A stretch of 62,260 bases of DNA, the filler included. It is 4 parts of 4 records of this genome, joined end to end, with 100 filler letters (N's around TTAATTAATTAA, not from the genome) between each part and the next. Parts side by side here need not be neighbours in the genome. Positions count along the whole stretch, not along the records: positions 17,059 to 40,678 come from DRR723986_6656; positions 40,779 to 56,116 come from DRR723986_6662; 2 more parts are not named here. The stretch is one strand, 5' to 3'. Under the pieces are notes generated by a model that was not told the origin of the DNA, made no database searches, and was given only the letters and a program-made list of their open reading frames with translations. How positions within the stretch are numbered: position 1 is the stretch's first letter; every line of letters begins with the position of its first letter. The position numbers were made by a program, and so were the translations under genes. Shown piece by piece: positions 40,105 to 49,200 of the stretch.

Positions 40105-40651
40105 ACGCTCTCGTTTCCCGAATACGGGGCCTGAAGGCAGACAATGACGGAAGTCCCGACGCATAGTGTCCCGCGCTTCCCAGAAGGGTGGCTCTGGGCA
40201 ATATGGACACGCGCGCCGTCTGGCCGCTCGTCACCCAAGCTTTCGCGGGGCAGCGATTTCCCTTCGGCCACCGGCTGATCGAACCAACCTCTTTCCCGTA
40301 GCGTCAGGCACCACGCATCCCGCGGACTACAACTCCCATCACGCATACTATGGGAGACGCCCCCCCTCGAGGTCGAAGCTCTTGCGATCCGCATAAAGCA
40401 TGTCGCGCGTCACCGCAGACATCCGCCGACCCTGAGAAGGCGACGCCGGTGCCGGCAACGTGACGCCCGCCGCCCGTGCCACGCCGACCATTGCCAAAGC
40501 CGGCGCGCTCAGGCTTGGCGGAGGATTGCGCCTCTTGATGCCCGGGCACCGCAAGATGTGACCCACGGCATCTGCCTTGGGCAGACCGGAGCCAAAAAAG
40601 CCCTTGTTTCCAAGGATTGCATCTGCGCGCTTCGCAATTTTTGGTGGCAAC

Positions 40652-40678
40652 TGGCTGGGGTGGTAGGATTCGAACCTA
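40652..40678 (-). tRNA. 3' end of tRNA, probably tRNA-Gln (truncated gene or att duplication)
   Basis: Minus strand TAGGTTCGAATCCTACCACCCCAGCCA: T-arm, acceptor strand and CCA; anticodon not visible. Confidence 0.8.
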
Positions 40679-40778
40679 NNNNNNNNNNNNNNNNNNNNNN
40701 NNNNNNNNNNNNNNNNNNNNNNTTAATTAATTAANNNNNNNNNNNNNNNNNNNNNNNNNNNNNNNNNNNNNNNNNNNN
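40679..40778. other. Artificial contig linker
   Basis: N/TTAATTAATTAA/N. Confidence 0.98.
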
Positions 40779-40938
40779 CGTCTAATTAAAGACACTAGGA
40801 CCTGAAGCGGTGCACACCGCATTGCACTGGAGTTGAGCAAACGTTGGATTTGTAATGAAGTGCCTTTCCAAATGGATGAAAAACGAATTTTACTGCACGA
40901 CTGAAATTTGATCTACATTGGGCTCAAATAGCCAATTC

Positions 40939-41081
40939 TGTCCCCGTTTTGTCCCCAAAATCCGGCCATGTACAATGCTTTGCGCCTGACGCTAGGTTTG
41001 CCGCCTCCATACGGCTTGCATTTCGGATACTGTACCCATTCTGTCTCCAACTCGGATCTGGGTGTCCCCATACTGTCCCCA
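40939..41081 (+). repeat. Six TGTCCCCA-like direct repeats in three pairs spaced 11 bp
   Basis: Copies at 40939/40950, 41031/41042, 41063/41074. Confidence 0.65.
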
Positions 41082-41215
41082 CGCCTGCATCAAAAAGTAT
41101 CCAATATTTGATGCAGCCATTTGCTCATCAAGCGCTGTAACTAGCCGATTTCAAGAGGCTTAATGAAGCCAAGAGCCAAAGTAGGGTTAGACCAGATGCC
41201 TAGAAAAGCTTGACG

Positions 41216-41476
41216 CTAAACCTCTATTTCGATTCCATACTCCTTCAGAAGACGAATGGCTTCCAAACGGCAGCTCATAGCGAAGTTACGGTCGTGCTCC
41301 GCAAATAAACCTGTCGGAATCCGATGGCTTCCACTCTCGTCAATTACGTGCTTATGGGATTGCAAGTACCATTTGTCGACATGCTGGTAGGCGACAAGTA
41401 CCATCTCAGTTTTAGGCGAGTCAGGGTAGGGGAATCGCATGGTCGAAGCAGCTCCCACATCTTTATTGATCAGCAT
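41216..41476 (-). CDS. Hypothetical protein
   Basis: 86-aa ORF 4 nt after the upstream stop, with AGAGGA RBS. Confidence 0.55.
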   Translation of the reverse strand: MLINKDVGAASTMRFPYPDSPKTEMVLVAYQHVDKWYLQSHKHVIDESGSHRIPTGLFAEHDRNFAMSCRLEAIRLLKEYGIEIEV

Positions 41477-41480
41477 CGCA

Positions 41481-42011
41481 TTAATCCTCTGTATTGATTC
41501 GCTCGGCAGGAAGTCCTGATTCTCTTACGTTGGGTGAAACATGCTCATGCATGATCCGCCAGATGCCATCCTCTTTCTTCCAGACATGAGTCACATGATA
41601 TGACGATTCGAGCGATTCAAAATTGTTTGAGTGGTAGCTCCAAGCACAGAGGTAGGAAGCGGCAAAGTCTTGTTGAGAAACAATCCTATCAAGCTCAACG
41701 ATTACCATTGCTGAATTGGGGTAAAGGCGATTCTTGGGCTTAAGTTTGGTGCCTGAGTAGCGGTTCTTGCCAACAATATGCGAATCGTACTCAAGTCTTT
41801 GGTCATAGAAGCAAAGCAGCTTAGAGTCGGATACGAACAAGTCCTCGTATCTGCGAATGGAGAAGTTCTCGTTTCCTGGCGAGTGCAGTTCTTGCCAGCG
41901 CACCAGCCGGTGGAAAATCTCTTCGTCGTCCTCACTGAAATCCCAAGGCTTTGGGATGGAGATGTCGAGGAGTTCATCATTGCCCTCTCGAAAGTGTTCC
42001 TGGTTAATCAA
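41481..42011 (-). CDS. NTF2/SnoaL-like fold protein
   Basis: C-terminal VTHVWKKEDGIWRIMHEHVS signature; 4-nt overlap with upstream gene. Confidence 0.7.
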   Translation of the reverse strand: MINQEHFREGNDELLDISIPKPWDFSEDDEEIFHRLVRWQELHSPGNENFSIRRYEDLFVSDSKLLCFYDQRLEYDSHIVGKNRYSGTKLKPKNRLYPNSAMVIVELDRIVSQQDFAASYLCAWSYHSNNFESLESSYHVTHVWKKEDGIWRIMHEHVSPNVRESGLPAERINTED

Positions 42012-43252
42012 GCTTCTACTCCTGCTTTTGCTCTTTGTTCTTTAGATACCGAGCGAATTGCTCGCTCAAACTTTGCTAAGGCATCGAATCCAAGGGACCG
42101 GCTGGGCATTGCCAAACGAACTACTCCATCGTCGTAGCAGGTCGCGATTATTCCGTGAGCGGCAAGTCGCTGTGAAAGCTCGGTACCGGTTAAGCTCCTG
42201 AGTTCACGGCTCTGAAGCTGTAGGAGTAGCACCGAAGCGCGAAGCTCATCGTTTTGGTTAAGAACCCGACAAGTGGATTTCTGAATCGCCAGCTCACAAA
42301 GCTTCATGTTTTGCTTGCGCTTGCGATAAGCATCGGACTCTTTTTGCTTGTCGTGTAGGGCACCGGCACAACTAAAGAGTGGGGCGAGATTGACTGTCTC
42401 GCCAAAAGCTGAGGTGTTTCCCGATAGCAGCTCTTCAGATAGCGAAAGCAGGGGATCGTCAACAAACCCCAGTTCTATAGCCTGCTCGAGCCTAGTTTCG
42501 ATGTAGCCCGCCGAGCGTCGATGACCGTAGAAGCCAAGGCCCATTGGAAGGTAGCCGCCTAGCCACTTATGGCAGCCCGCCAAAAAGAAGTCGCAGAAGT
42601 CTTGTTGAAGCTCAATCGAGGATTGGCAAAACGCTTGTGCTCCATCAACAAGCACGAAGCGAAGCTCGGCCCTAGAAGAGATGGCTCTAACGATCTCGCC
42701 AATAGGAAACGCTATGCCGAGGTTATCAATCGCTGGCAGAAACAGTCCGTCGCACTTAGAGAGCACAAAGGTTTGCACCAGTCGGTCTATCAATTCTTGC
42801 TTAGTCAGTTGCGCATCCAATAAGGCTCTTCGAACCCTGAGCTTGGTCAGCTTCCTGCCAGCATGACCAAGATTGCGTCTTAGCGTGTTTTCGTAGCTGG
42901 GCCATGTGCAATCGGTAATCAGCACGTTTTTGCATGGGCCAAATAACAAGCGTGAGGCAAACTTCATTAGCTGCGAAGAGCGATTTGCAAAAATGACCTT
43001 TGAGCTTGGATGCGACCGAGTGTGTTCAATCAGTCTTGTCTTGAGCACGGAAAGTCCAGGCCATACGTTCAAGCCTGGGTAGTCGTCTGCTAGGTCTGCT
43101 TGCCAGGAGCCGTAGCCACGCACGAGTAGTTCTTGATAGTGAGCTGCAGATCCATTGCCCCAGCTGTAGCGAAGCAGTTCGCACAGTGCTTGATTGGCTC
43201 GAGGTGTAATTTGACCGAGCCTAGCCGTGTCAAAATAGAGCGAGTCTCTCAT
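42008..43252 (-). CDS. Divergent class-V-fold PLP-dependent enzyme
   Basis: YFDTARLG, LVDGAQAF, DFFLAGCHKWLGG (PLP lysine), FGETVNL. Confidence 0.75.
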   Translation of the reverse strand: MRDSLYFDTARLGQITPRANQALCELLRYSWGNGSAAHYQELLVRGYGSWQADLADDYPGLNVWPGLSVLKTRLIEHTRSHPSSKVIFANRSSQLMKFASRLLFGPCKNVLITDCTWPSYENTLRRNLGHAGRKLTKLRVRRALLDAQLTKQELIDRLVQTFVLSKCDGLFLPAIDNLGIAFPIGEIVRAISSRAELRFVLVDGAQAFCQSSIELQQDFCDFFLAGCHKWLGGYLPMGLGFYGHRRSAGYIETRLEQAIELGFVDDPLLSLSEELLSGNTSAFGETVNLAPLFSCAGALHDKQKESDAYRKRKQNMKLCELAIQKSTCRVLNQNDELRASVLLLQLQSRELRSLTGTELSQRLAAHGIIATCYDDGVVRLAMPSRSLGFDALAKFERAIRSVSKEQRAKAGVEA

Positions 43253-43408
43253 GCTCGCGCCTCCCCTGAGTTAGAGGCAATACTTGGGCGGGAGCTTGGA
43301 TCGTATCGATCCTGCGACAAACGATCCAGTGTTTACAAGCTTTGGCCCTGAGATTCTCGAGATCTTATCACGTGGCAATCGATGCAATACTCTCTCAACA
43401 TCGGTATT

Positions 43409-44287
43409 TTAGTGCCCGAGCAATTCACGAAATGAAGTGCAGTAGACGCTCAAACGCTCCCAGGTATCTTCAGCAGCCTTTACGTCATCGAAGTCAAAAG
43501 ACAGAGCGAAGACCTGTTTCTTTGACTTCTGGTCGAACTCTTCTGACCCAACTGCTCGGTTTCCATAGATGCCAAGGTCGACCGCAAGCTCAGGTTCTCT
43601 CGATAGAGCGGAGTATCTAACGAGCCTAAGCCAGATTCCATTTCGATGCTGATTGCCTAACCAATCAAGAAGCTCTCCTACAGGAAGCCTCTCATTGGCT
43701 GGCCACAGTCGGTCATCAATGATGACGATCCGTTCGATGCTTAGTGTTCCCGACGCTTGTAGCTCAAAATTGAGTTGCATACTCCGGCGTGCAGCTTCGT
43801 TCTGCCAGTAGGCTGTCGAATCGACGGCTGCTATCGACCTGTAGGTATGAAGCCCAGGACTGCGTAAGAGCTTCTCGTAGGCGACCCGCCAGCTCTCCCC
43901 GTCTTCGTAAATGATTTTGCCCTCGCTGATTGGTTTTAACTCCTGGCTCAGCCGCTCGACGCGCTTGAGCGTCTCCTGCCGGTATATCGGATCATTGTGT
44001 TTGGAAGCCGCGACAAGCGACTCACCAATTCCCCAATAGTTTGCGCTAAGGTCCGGGTCTGATGCTAGCCGCAGAGCGGTGTGAATTACGTTGGGTTGTT
44101 GGAACTGAGCTTGCTGCATCTGACGCAGGTAGGCAGGGACAACTACCGCGACCACAATGCTGAGCAGTGTTCCCATGAACAGGAATTGTGCGGCAGCCGG
44201 TGCAAAGAGTGTTAGGGTGAGGACCAAGATCAATCCCGTGGCGCCAACTGAGACGGTGGGGAAATGCTTTGAGAGCGTTCTGTTCAT
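43409..44287 (-). CDS. Hypothetical protein with two N-terminal TM helices and a soluble domain
   Basis: Hydrophobic N-terminus; C-terminal IERIVII...DLGIYG reminiscent of PLD-like/DUF6879 folds. Confidence 0.6.
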   Translation of the reverse strand: MNRTLSKHFPTVSVGATGLILVLTLTLFAPAAAQFLFMGTLLSIVVAVVVPAYLRQMQQAQFQQPNVIHTALRLASDPDLSANYWGIGESLVAASKHNDPIYRQETLKRVERLSQELKPISEGKIIYEDGESWRVAYEKLLRSPGLHTYRSIAAVDSTAYWQNEAARRSMQLNFELQASGTLSIERIVIIDDRLWPANERLPVGELLDWLGNQHRNGIWLRLVRYSALSREPELAVDLGIYGNRAVGSEEFDQKSKKQVFALSFDFDDVKAAEDTWERLSVYCTSFRELLGH

Positions 44288-44480
44288 CGTCAGCGAATCT
44301 CCATGCTTAGTTTCCAGAGGGCGTAGCACAGGTAGTGTTGGAAAGCAGTACTTCGGAGCAAATCGTCGGGAGATTCTGTTCGAGCAACAACTAAATTCAG
44401 CGACAATGGTCTAGATAGAGCGGGAAATTCCGAGGAACTGGCGGGGCTGGGGGTTTTGCCGGATAAAGCGGCATTGCTCC

Positions 44481-44510
44481 TGTAAGAAAAAAAGGGTATT
44501 TTTTCTTACA
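44481..44510. promoter_or_regulatory. Perfect 12-bp inverted repeat, probable AbiEi operator
   Basis: TGTAAGAAAAAA-AGGGTA-TTTTTTCTTACA, 16 nt before the antitoxin ATG. Confidence 0.7.
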
Positions 44511-44526
44511 AACCGACAGGCAGAAA

Positions 44527-45135
44527 ATGACGCAAAGCATCGAAAATAAGGTGATTTCGACCATTTATGGTCACGGAAGGGGGTGGGCGTTCTCCCAGAA
44601 GGATTTTGCCCATCTTGGTTCCCGTGAAGCCATTGATGTGGCACTGCACCGTCTGCTTGAAAAATCGACGATTCGTCGCGTCATGCGCGGCATCTACGTC
44701 TACCCGAAATACAGCGAGTTGCTGGAGCAGGAAAGCGCGCCGGACATAAACCAAGTGGCATCTGCTCTTGCGCGAAAGTTTGGTTGGAGAATTCAGCCAA
44801 GTGGTGCGGCCGCATTGAACTGGGTTGGCCTTTCGACGCAGGTCTTGAGCAAGTACGTTTACATCTCAACGGGGCCAGATCGAACTTACGATGTAGGCTC
44901 AACCAGCATCCGCTTTGAGCACGCAGCTCCGAAAGAAACCGGCTTCAAACTTGACGAGAGCGGGCTAATCGTGCAAGCGCTAAAGGCGCTTGGTGAAACG
45001 CGGATCACGGACGAAACGATTAACCAACTACGACAGTGGCTTCCCGAATCCAAGCGAGCCAAGGTGCTCAAAGAGACCAAGATCGTAACTGGTTGGGTGT
45101 ACGAAGCGATTCGTCGCGTCTGTAGCGAGGATTAA
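44527..45135 (+). CDS. Type IV TA antitoxin, AbiEi-like (DUF6088)
   Basis: SREAIDVALHRL...RVMRGIY..PK, SGAAALN..GLSTQV. Confidence 0.85.
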   Translation: MTQSIENKVISTIYGHGRGWAFSQKDFAHLGSREAIDVALHRLLEKSTIRRVMRGIYVYPKYSELLEQESAPDINQVASALARKFGWRIQPSGAAALNWVGLSTQVLSKYVYISTGPDRTYDVGSTSIRFEHAAPKETGFKLDESGLIVQALKALGETRITDETINQLRQWLPESKRAKVLKETKIVTGWVYEAIRRVCSED

Positions 45136-45140
45136 GCAGC

Positions 45141-46154
45141 TTGGATAGCGTTGCCCAACTACCTGACTCGCAACGAAGCGAGCTATTCTCGGAGTCAGCC
45201 GCCAAACGCGGAGTCTTTCCTGCCATCATCGAAAAAGACTTCTGGGTGTGCTGGGTGCTTAAGAAGCTCTTTGACGATCAAGAACTTAGCGAGAGTCTGG
45301 TCTTTAAGGGCGGTACCTCACTTTCAAAAGTGTTCGGCATTATCGAGCGTTTCTCCGAAGATATCGACCTGGTTCTTGACTGGAGACTGCTCGGGTATGA
45401 CAGGGAAGGTGAAGACCCCTGGGCGAAGCAACCGTCAGCGACAAAACAGGATCGATTCAACAAAGAGTTTAACAGGCGGGCACAGTCGTATATTGCGGAT
45501 ACCCTTCAGCCGAGGGTATCTCAGCTACTTGCAAGTGTTTCAACAGTCGAAACGGTAGTCTCAGATCAAGATCCACAGTCGCTTGAAATCAAGTATCCGG
45601 CGGCGTTTGATTTACCGGCGCTGCGTCCTCAGGTGAAGCTGGAGATAGGCCCGCTTGCTTCGTGGGTCCCCTCGGTCAGAAAATCAATCACGCCCTATGC
45701 CGCGATAGATTTTCCCAAGCTGTTTACTGACCCTGAATGCGAGCTTGTCGCCATTACTGCAGAACGTACTTTTTGGGAGAAGGCAACGATTCTTCATCAG
45801 CAAGCACATCGAAGCACGCCAATGCCAAACGGATATTCACGGCACTACTACGACTTGTATCAGTTGTCAGCTACAGACGTTTGCAAGGCCGCTCTTTCTG
45901 ACCTCAAACTACTTGAGGCAGTGGTTGAATTTAAGAATCGATTCTATCGCTGTCCTTGGGCACGCTACGATTTAGCTTGCCCAGGCTCATTCAGGCTGCT
46001 TCCAACCGAGCAAGGTGGCCGAGAGTTGGCTTCTGACTACCGCGACATGCAAGATATGATCTTCGGCGCGAGCCCAAACTGGGAGGTGATTATTTCAGGG
46101 TTGGAGAATCTGGAGAATGAGATCAACTCCTTACATGCTCCTAAACGTATTTAA
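45141..46154 (+). CDS. Type IV TA toxin, AbiEii nucleotidyltransferase
   Basis: EKDFWV, FKGGTSLSK, RFSEDIDL, RTFWEK, SRHYYD. Confidence 0.92.
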   Translation: MDSVAQLPDSQRSELFSESAAKRGVFPAIIEKDFWVCWVLKKLFDDQELSESLVFKGGTSLSKVFGIIERFSEDIDLVLDWRLLGYDREGEDPWAKQPSATKQDRFNKEFNRRAQSYIADTLQPRVSQLLASVSTVETVVSDQDPQSLEIKYPAAFDLPALRPQVKLEIGPLASWVPSVRKSITPYAAIDFPKLFTDPECELVAITAERTFWEKATILHQQAHRSTPMPNGYSRHYYDLYQLSATDVCKAALSDLKLLEAVVEFKNRFYRCPWARYDLACPGSFRLLPTEQGGRELASDYRDMQDMIFGASPNWEVIISGLENLENEINSLHAPKRI

Positions 46155-46202
46155 TTTCGAATTAAGCCGAACACATAGCTGACCGGAACGATTGCCGTAC
46201 AT

Positions 46203-49200
46203 CTATTTCCACTGCTCCTTTCTTCGCCGCTCGAGTCTGTCGTATGCGTAGCGAACTTGATTTGGTGTCAGATATTCCCACACGTCAGGTCCGTATAGAG
46301 GCCATCTGTGGTGTTCGTTGATCGGATCTGCAAGCTCAAGTGCACAAACAAGCAGTAACCAGCGTTGCGATACGGTGGAGGCGCTGGTCAGTTTGGAGCA
46401 TAGCTTGATAGTCTCTTCTTGTCTTCGAAGTTCGACCAACGAACTAGCAGCCTCACGAGCCACCGAATCTATCGGATCGGCAAGTGCCTTTTGTAACTCA
46501 CTTTTTATCGACTCGGTTGGTTTTCTCCATCGTGCTAATGAGCAAGCGAGGGTACGTTTGCTCTCATTTTGATCATTGAAAAGTTCGCATAGAAAGTCGT
46601 CGTTTGCTTTTTCTGCCACCGCAAGACCGATCGCTGCTCGAACCTCTTTGTCTTCCTCACTTTCCATGATGTCGAGCAATACTTGGTGAGTGCTGTCGTC
46701 CCCAATACTGGTTAGGATCGAAGCATAGTAGCGTCTGTCGTGTGACTTTGGATTGCGAAGAGCGGCGGCCGCAGCTTCAATCGCAGAAGCATTGTCGAAG
46801 ACGTCAAGACAACTGATAGCAGCGGCTTTGCTGCCGGTGGACCATGATCGCCCTTCCGCCTCGAAAGCCTTCTGACGAATGAAACTCTGCAAATCCCGAG
46901 GGGAGAGCAAATCTCGAGCATCATCATCGTCCAGGTTTCTCACGAGATACAAGACATTGGTGTCGAATCGTGCGCTCTGCAGCATAGCATCCTGCATGCT
47001 TGCAATAGCCGACTTTCGCACTGCGTCTTCGGAATGCGTTGACCGGTGAATCAAGTTAATGCTGATCGCCTCGCTGTAGATGGCTTGATTGTGTTCGTGA
47101 AGCACGTCCCACGCGGCAGTACTCCCGTTTGAAATCAAAGCGTTAATCGCCGCATGACGGTGCTCTTCAACAATTAGTTGTGAGGAAAGGAACTCCACAT
47201 TCTCTGTCTTAGAATCGTCCAGCAAATCGAGTGCGATAGTACAAGCATGAGCTAGCTCGCCCACTGGCCTCTTGTTCGCGATGAACGATGTTAGAGTATC
47301 AGCACATTTCGAGGCACCAAAGCCTAGGACCAGTATTTGCCCAGGCGTTGCGTGCCCCTTGGAGTTTTCAATACTCGCCCGGAAGCCTTCTAGAAGCGCT
47401 GGGTCCGGGCGATAGTCCTGCTTCGGCAGGTAAGTAATTTTCAACTCGCTCCTGAGACCAATTCGACGAACGAGTTCAAGCACTGGCTCCCAAGAACCAG
47501 ATTCTGCCAGTGCTAGAGCGGCTTGGCATTGCTCATGGTAATGCCGTTGTTCTGAACACTCCTCTATCTCCGATACTTTCTTCAAGAGACTTAACGTTTG
47601 AGCATTCGGCTGCCTCAAAGCGTATTTGAGGCCTTCGAATCTCCCGACATCAGTTTCTGCACTAAGAAGGCTGTTGACGGCGTTCGGAAAGCCATCCCCC
47701 TGAATTCGCTGAAGCAATTGGATTGCATCTGATCTCGTTTGTGAGTCACTGTAGTTGCCTTTTGGGGGGCCAATTCTTACGACGTACTCAACTAGCAGAT
47801 TCTCTAAATCAGAATCACGGTAAGTCTCTAAATGTTTCAACTGGGATTCAGTATTAGCCTGTATCAGTAGCTGGAATTGTTGAAAAAACTTGTTGTTAGG
47901 ACATGCCTCTGAATCTGACAGCAGTTCTCTTAGGTCGCTGGTAAACTGATTGAGCATGAGGTCAAGAATTTTGACGTTTACGAAGTGGAAGCGCGCGTGA
48001 AAAATTTTGGCGACCGACCACAGTCTCTCAGGCTCACTCATCATGCTCGCAAGTTTTTCCAGCGTTTCTTCACGGCATGAAGTAAACAGCTGGTCAGAGA
48101 ACCAGCCGTTTGCCATCCGAAAACTCTGACTGTCAAGGTTGTCCAGCTGCTCAAGCGCGACTTGCGGCTGGAGCCTCGCAAGCGCTCTGAGAGCAGCTGG
48201 TCCTAACCAGTCATCTTGAATGTCGACACTTTCGGTTAGCCAATTGATTTCGTCTTTGTCGGCAAACCTATCTATGCACATAGCCAGTGATCTCCGCTTA
48301 TCCACAGGCATCTTTCGAAACAGAAGCGACTTTTGCCTAAGCCAGATGGGTCGACCTTCCTCATAGGGGAGATTGCCGAGGAGATAGGCTAGATCGCTTA
48401 ATGGCTCATGCTCGGGATCCGCTGCAATGATTTGCTCCTCCAACCAAGAAGCTGCTTGCTGCAAACACCGACGAAGTGGCTCAAACGTTCGATCGTATAG
48501 AAGGTGTTCCTGCTTCTCTTCGAATGGCCGGAGATATTCTCGATTGTTTTTTTGACTATCGGTATGCAGCTTCCAAAGCGCATCCATCGCGGCTTCGTCG
48601 GGTGACTGGGCTAGAATTGCGGCACCCCGCATTTGGACGGTCTTGTTGTCAGAATCCAATAGCTCACGACCGATCACTGCGGCATTTTCACCTCCGGCTC
48701 TACATACGGAAGTTGTCAGTAAGTTGCTTAACACAGGGTCATCGATATGTTCCAGAAGGAGCGCGACCAACGTCTCAACTACCGTATCACCAAGTGTAGG
48801 AAGCAGTTCTTTGAAAAGGCTTTCTTGATAGTTGTAATTCTCCCGTTCTAAACGCCGAATAATCTTTGGTACTTGACCTTTGAGCGGCTCCGCTTTCAAT
48901 GCGAGCCAAAGAAAGTCCATTGTGACGAAACCAAGAAACCGACTCTGTGACTCCCATAGGAAATCATGAAGGTATTGCTCAATCTTCTCCTCAGAGCCAT
49001 CCTTGCAATACTCCTCAATAAGAGACACCGCGCATGCCCAGTTGAGGAGTCGAAGATGAGTGAATTCGTATTTTGGAAGAAGCCCGGAATCCGCCATCCG
49101 CAGCCAACCATTGGTTTGAAGTCGCCTTAGATTCGTCTCGTTGAAGCCAGCATTTTTGAAGGCCTCGAATGTCCAGGAGGTATGTTCATTTTCAATGCAG

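Noticed and set aside
40652-41081. tRNA end and TGTCCCCA repeats as one att site
   Set aside because: Separated by an artificial linker and differing in composition.
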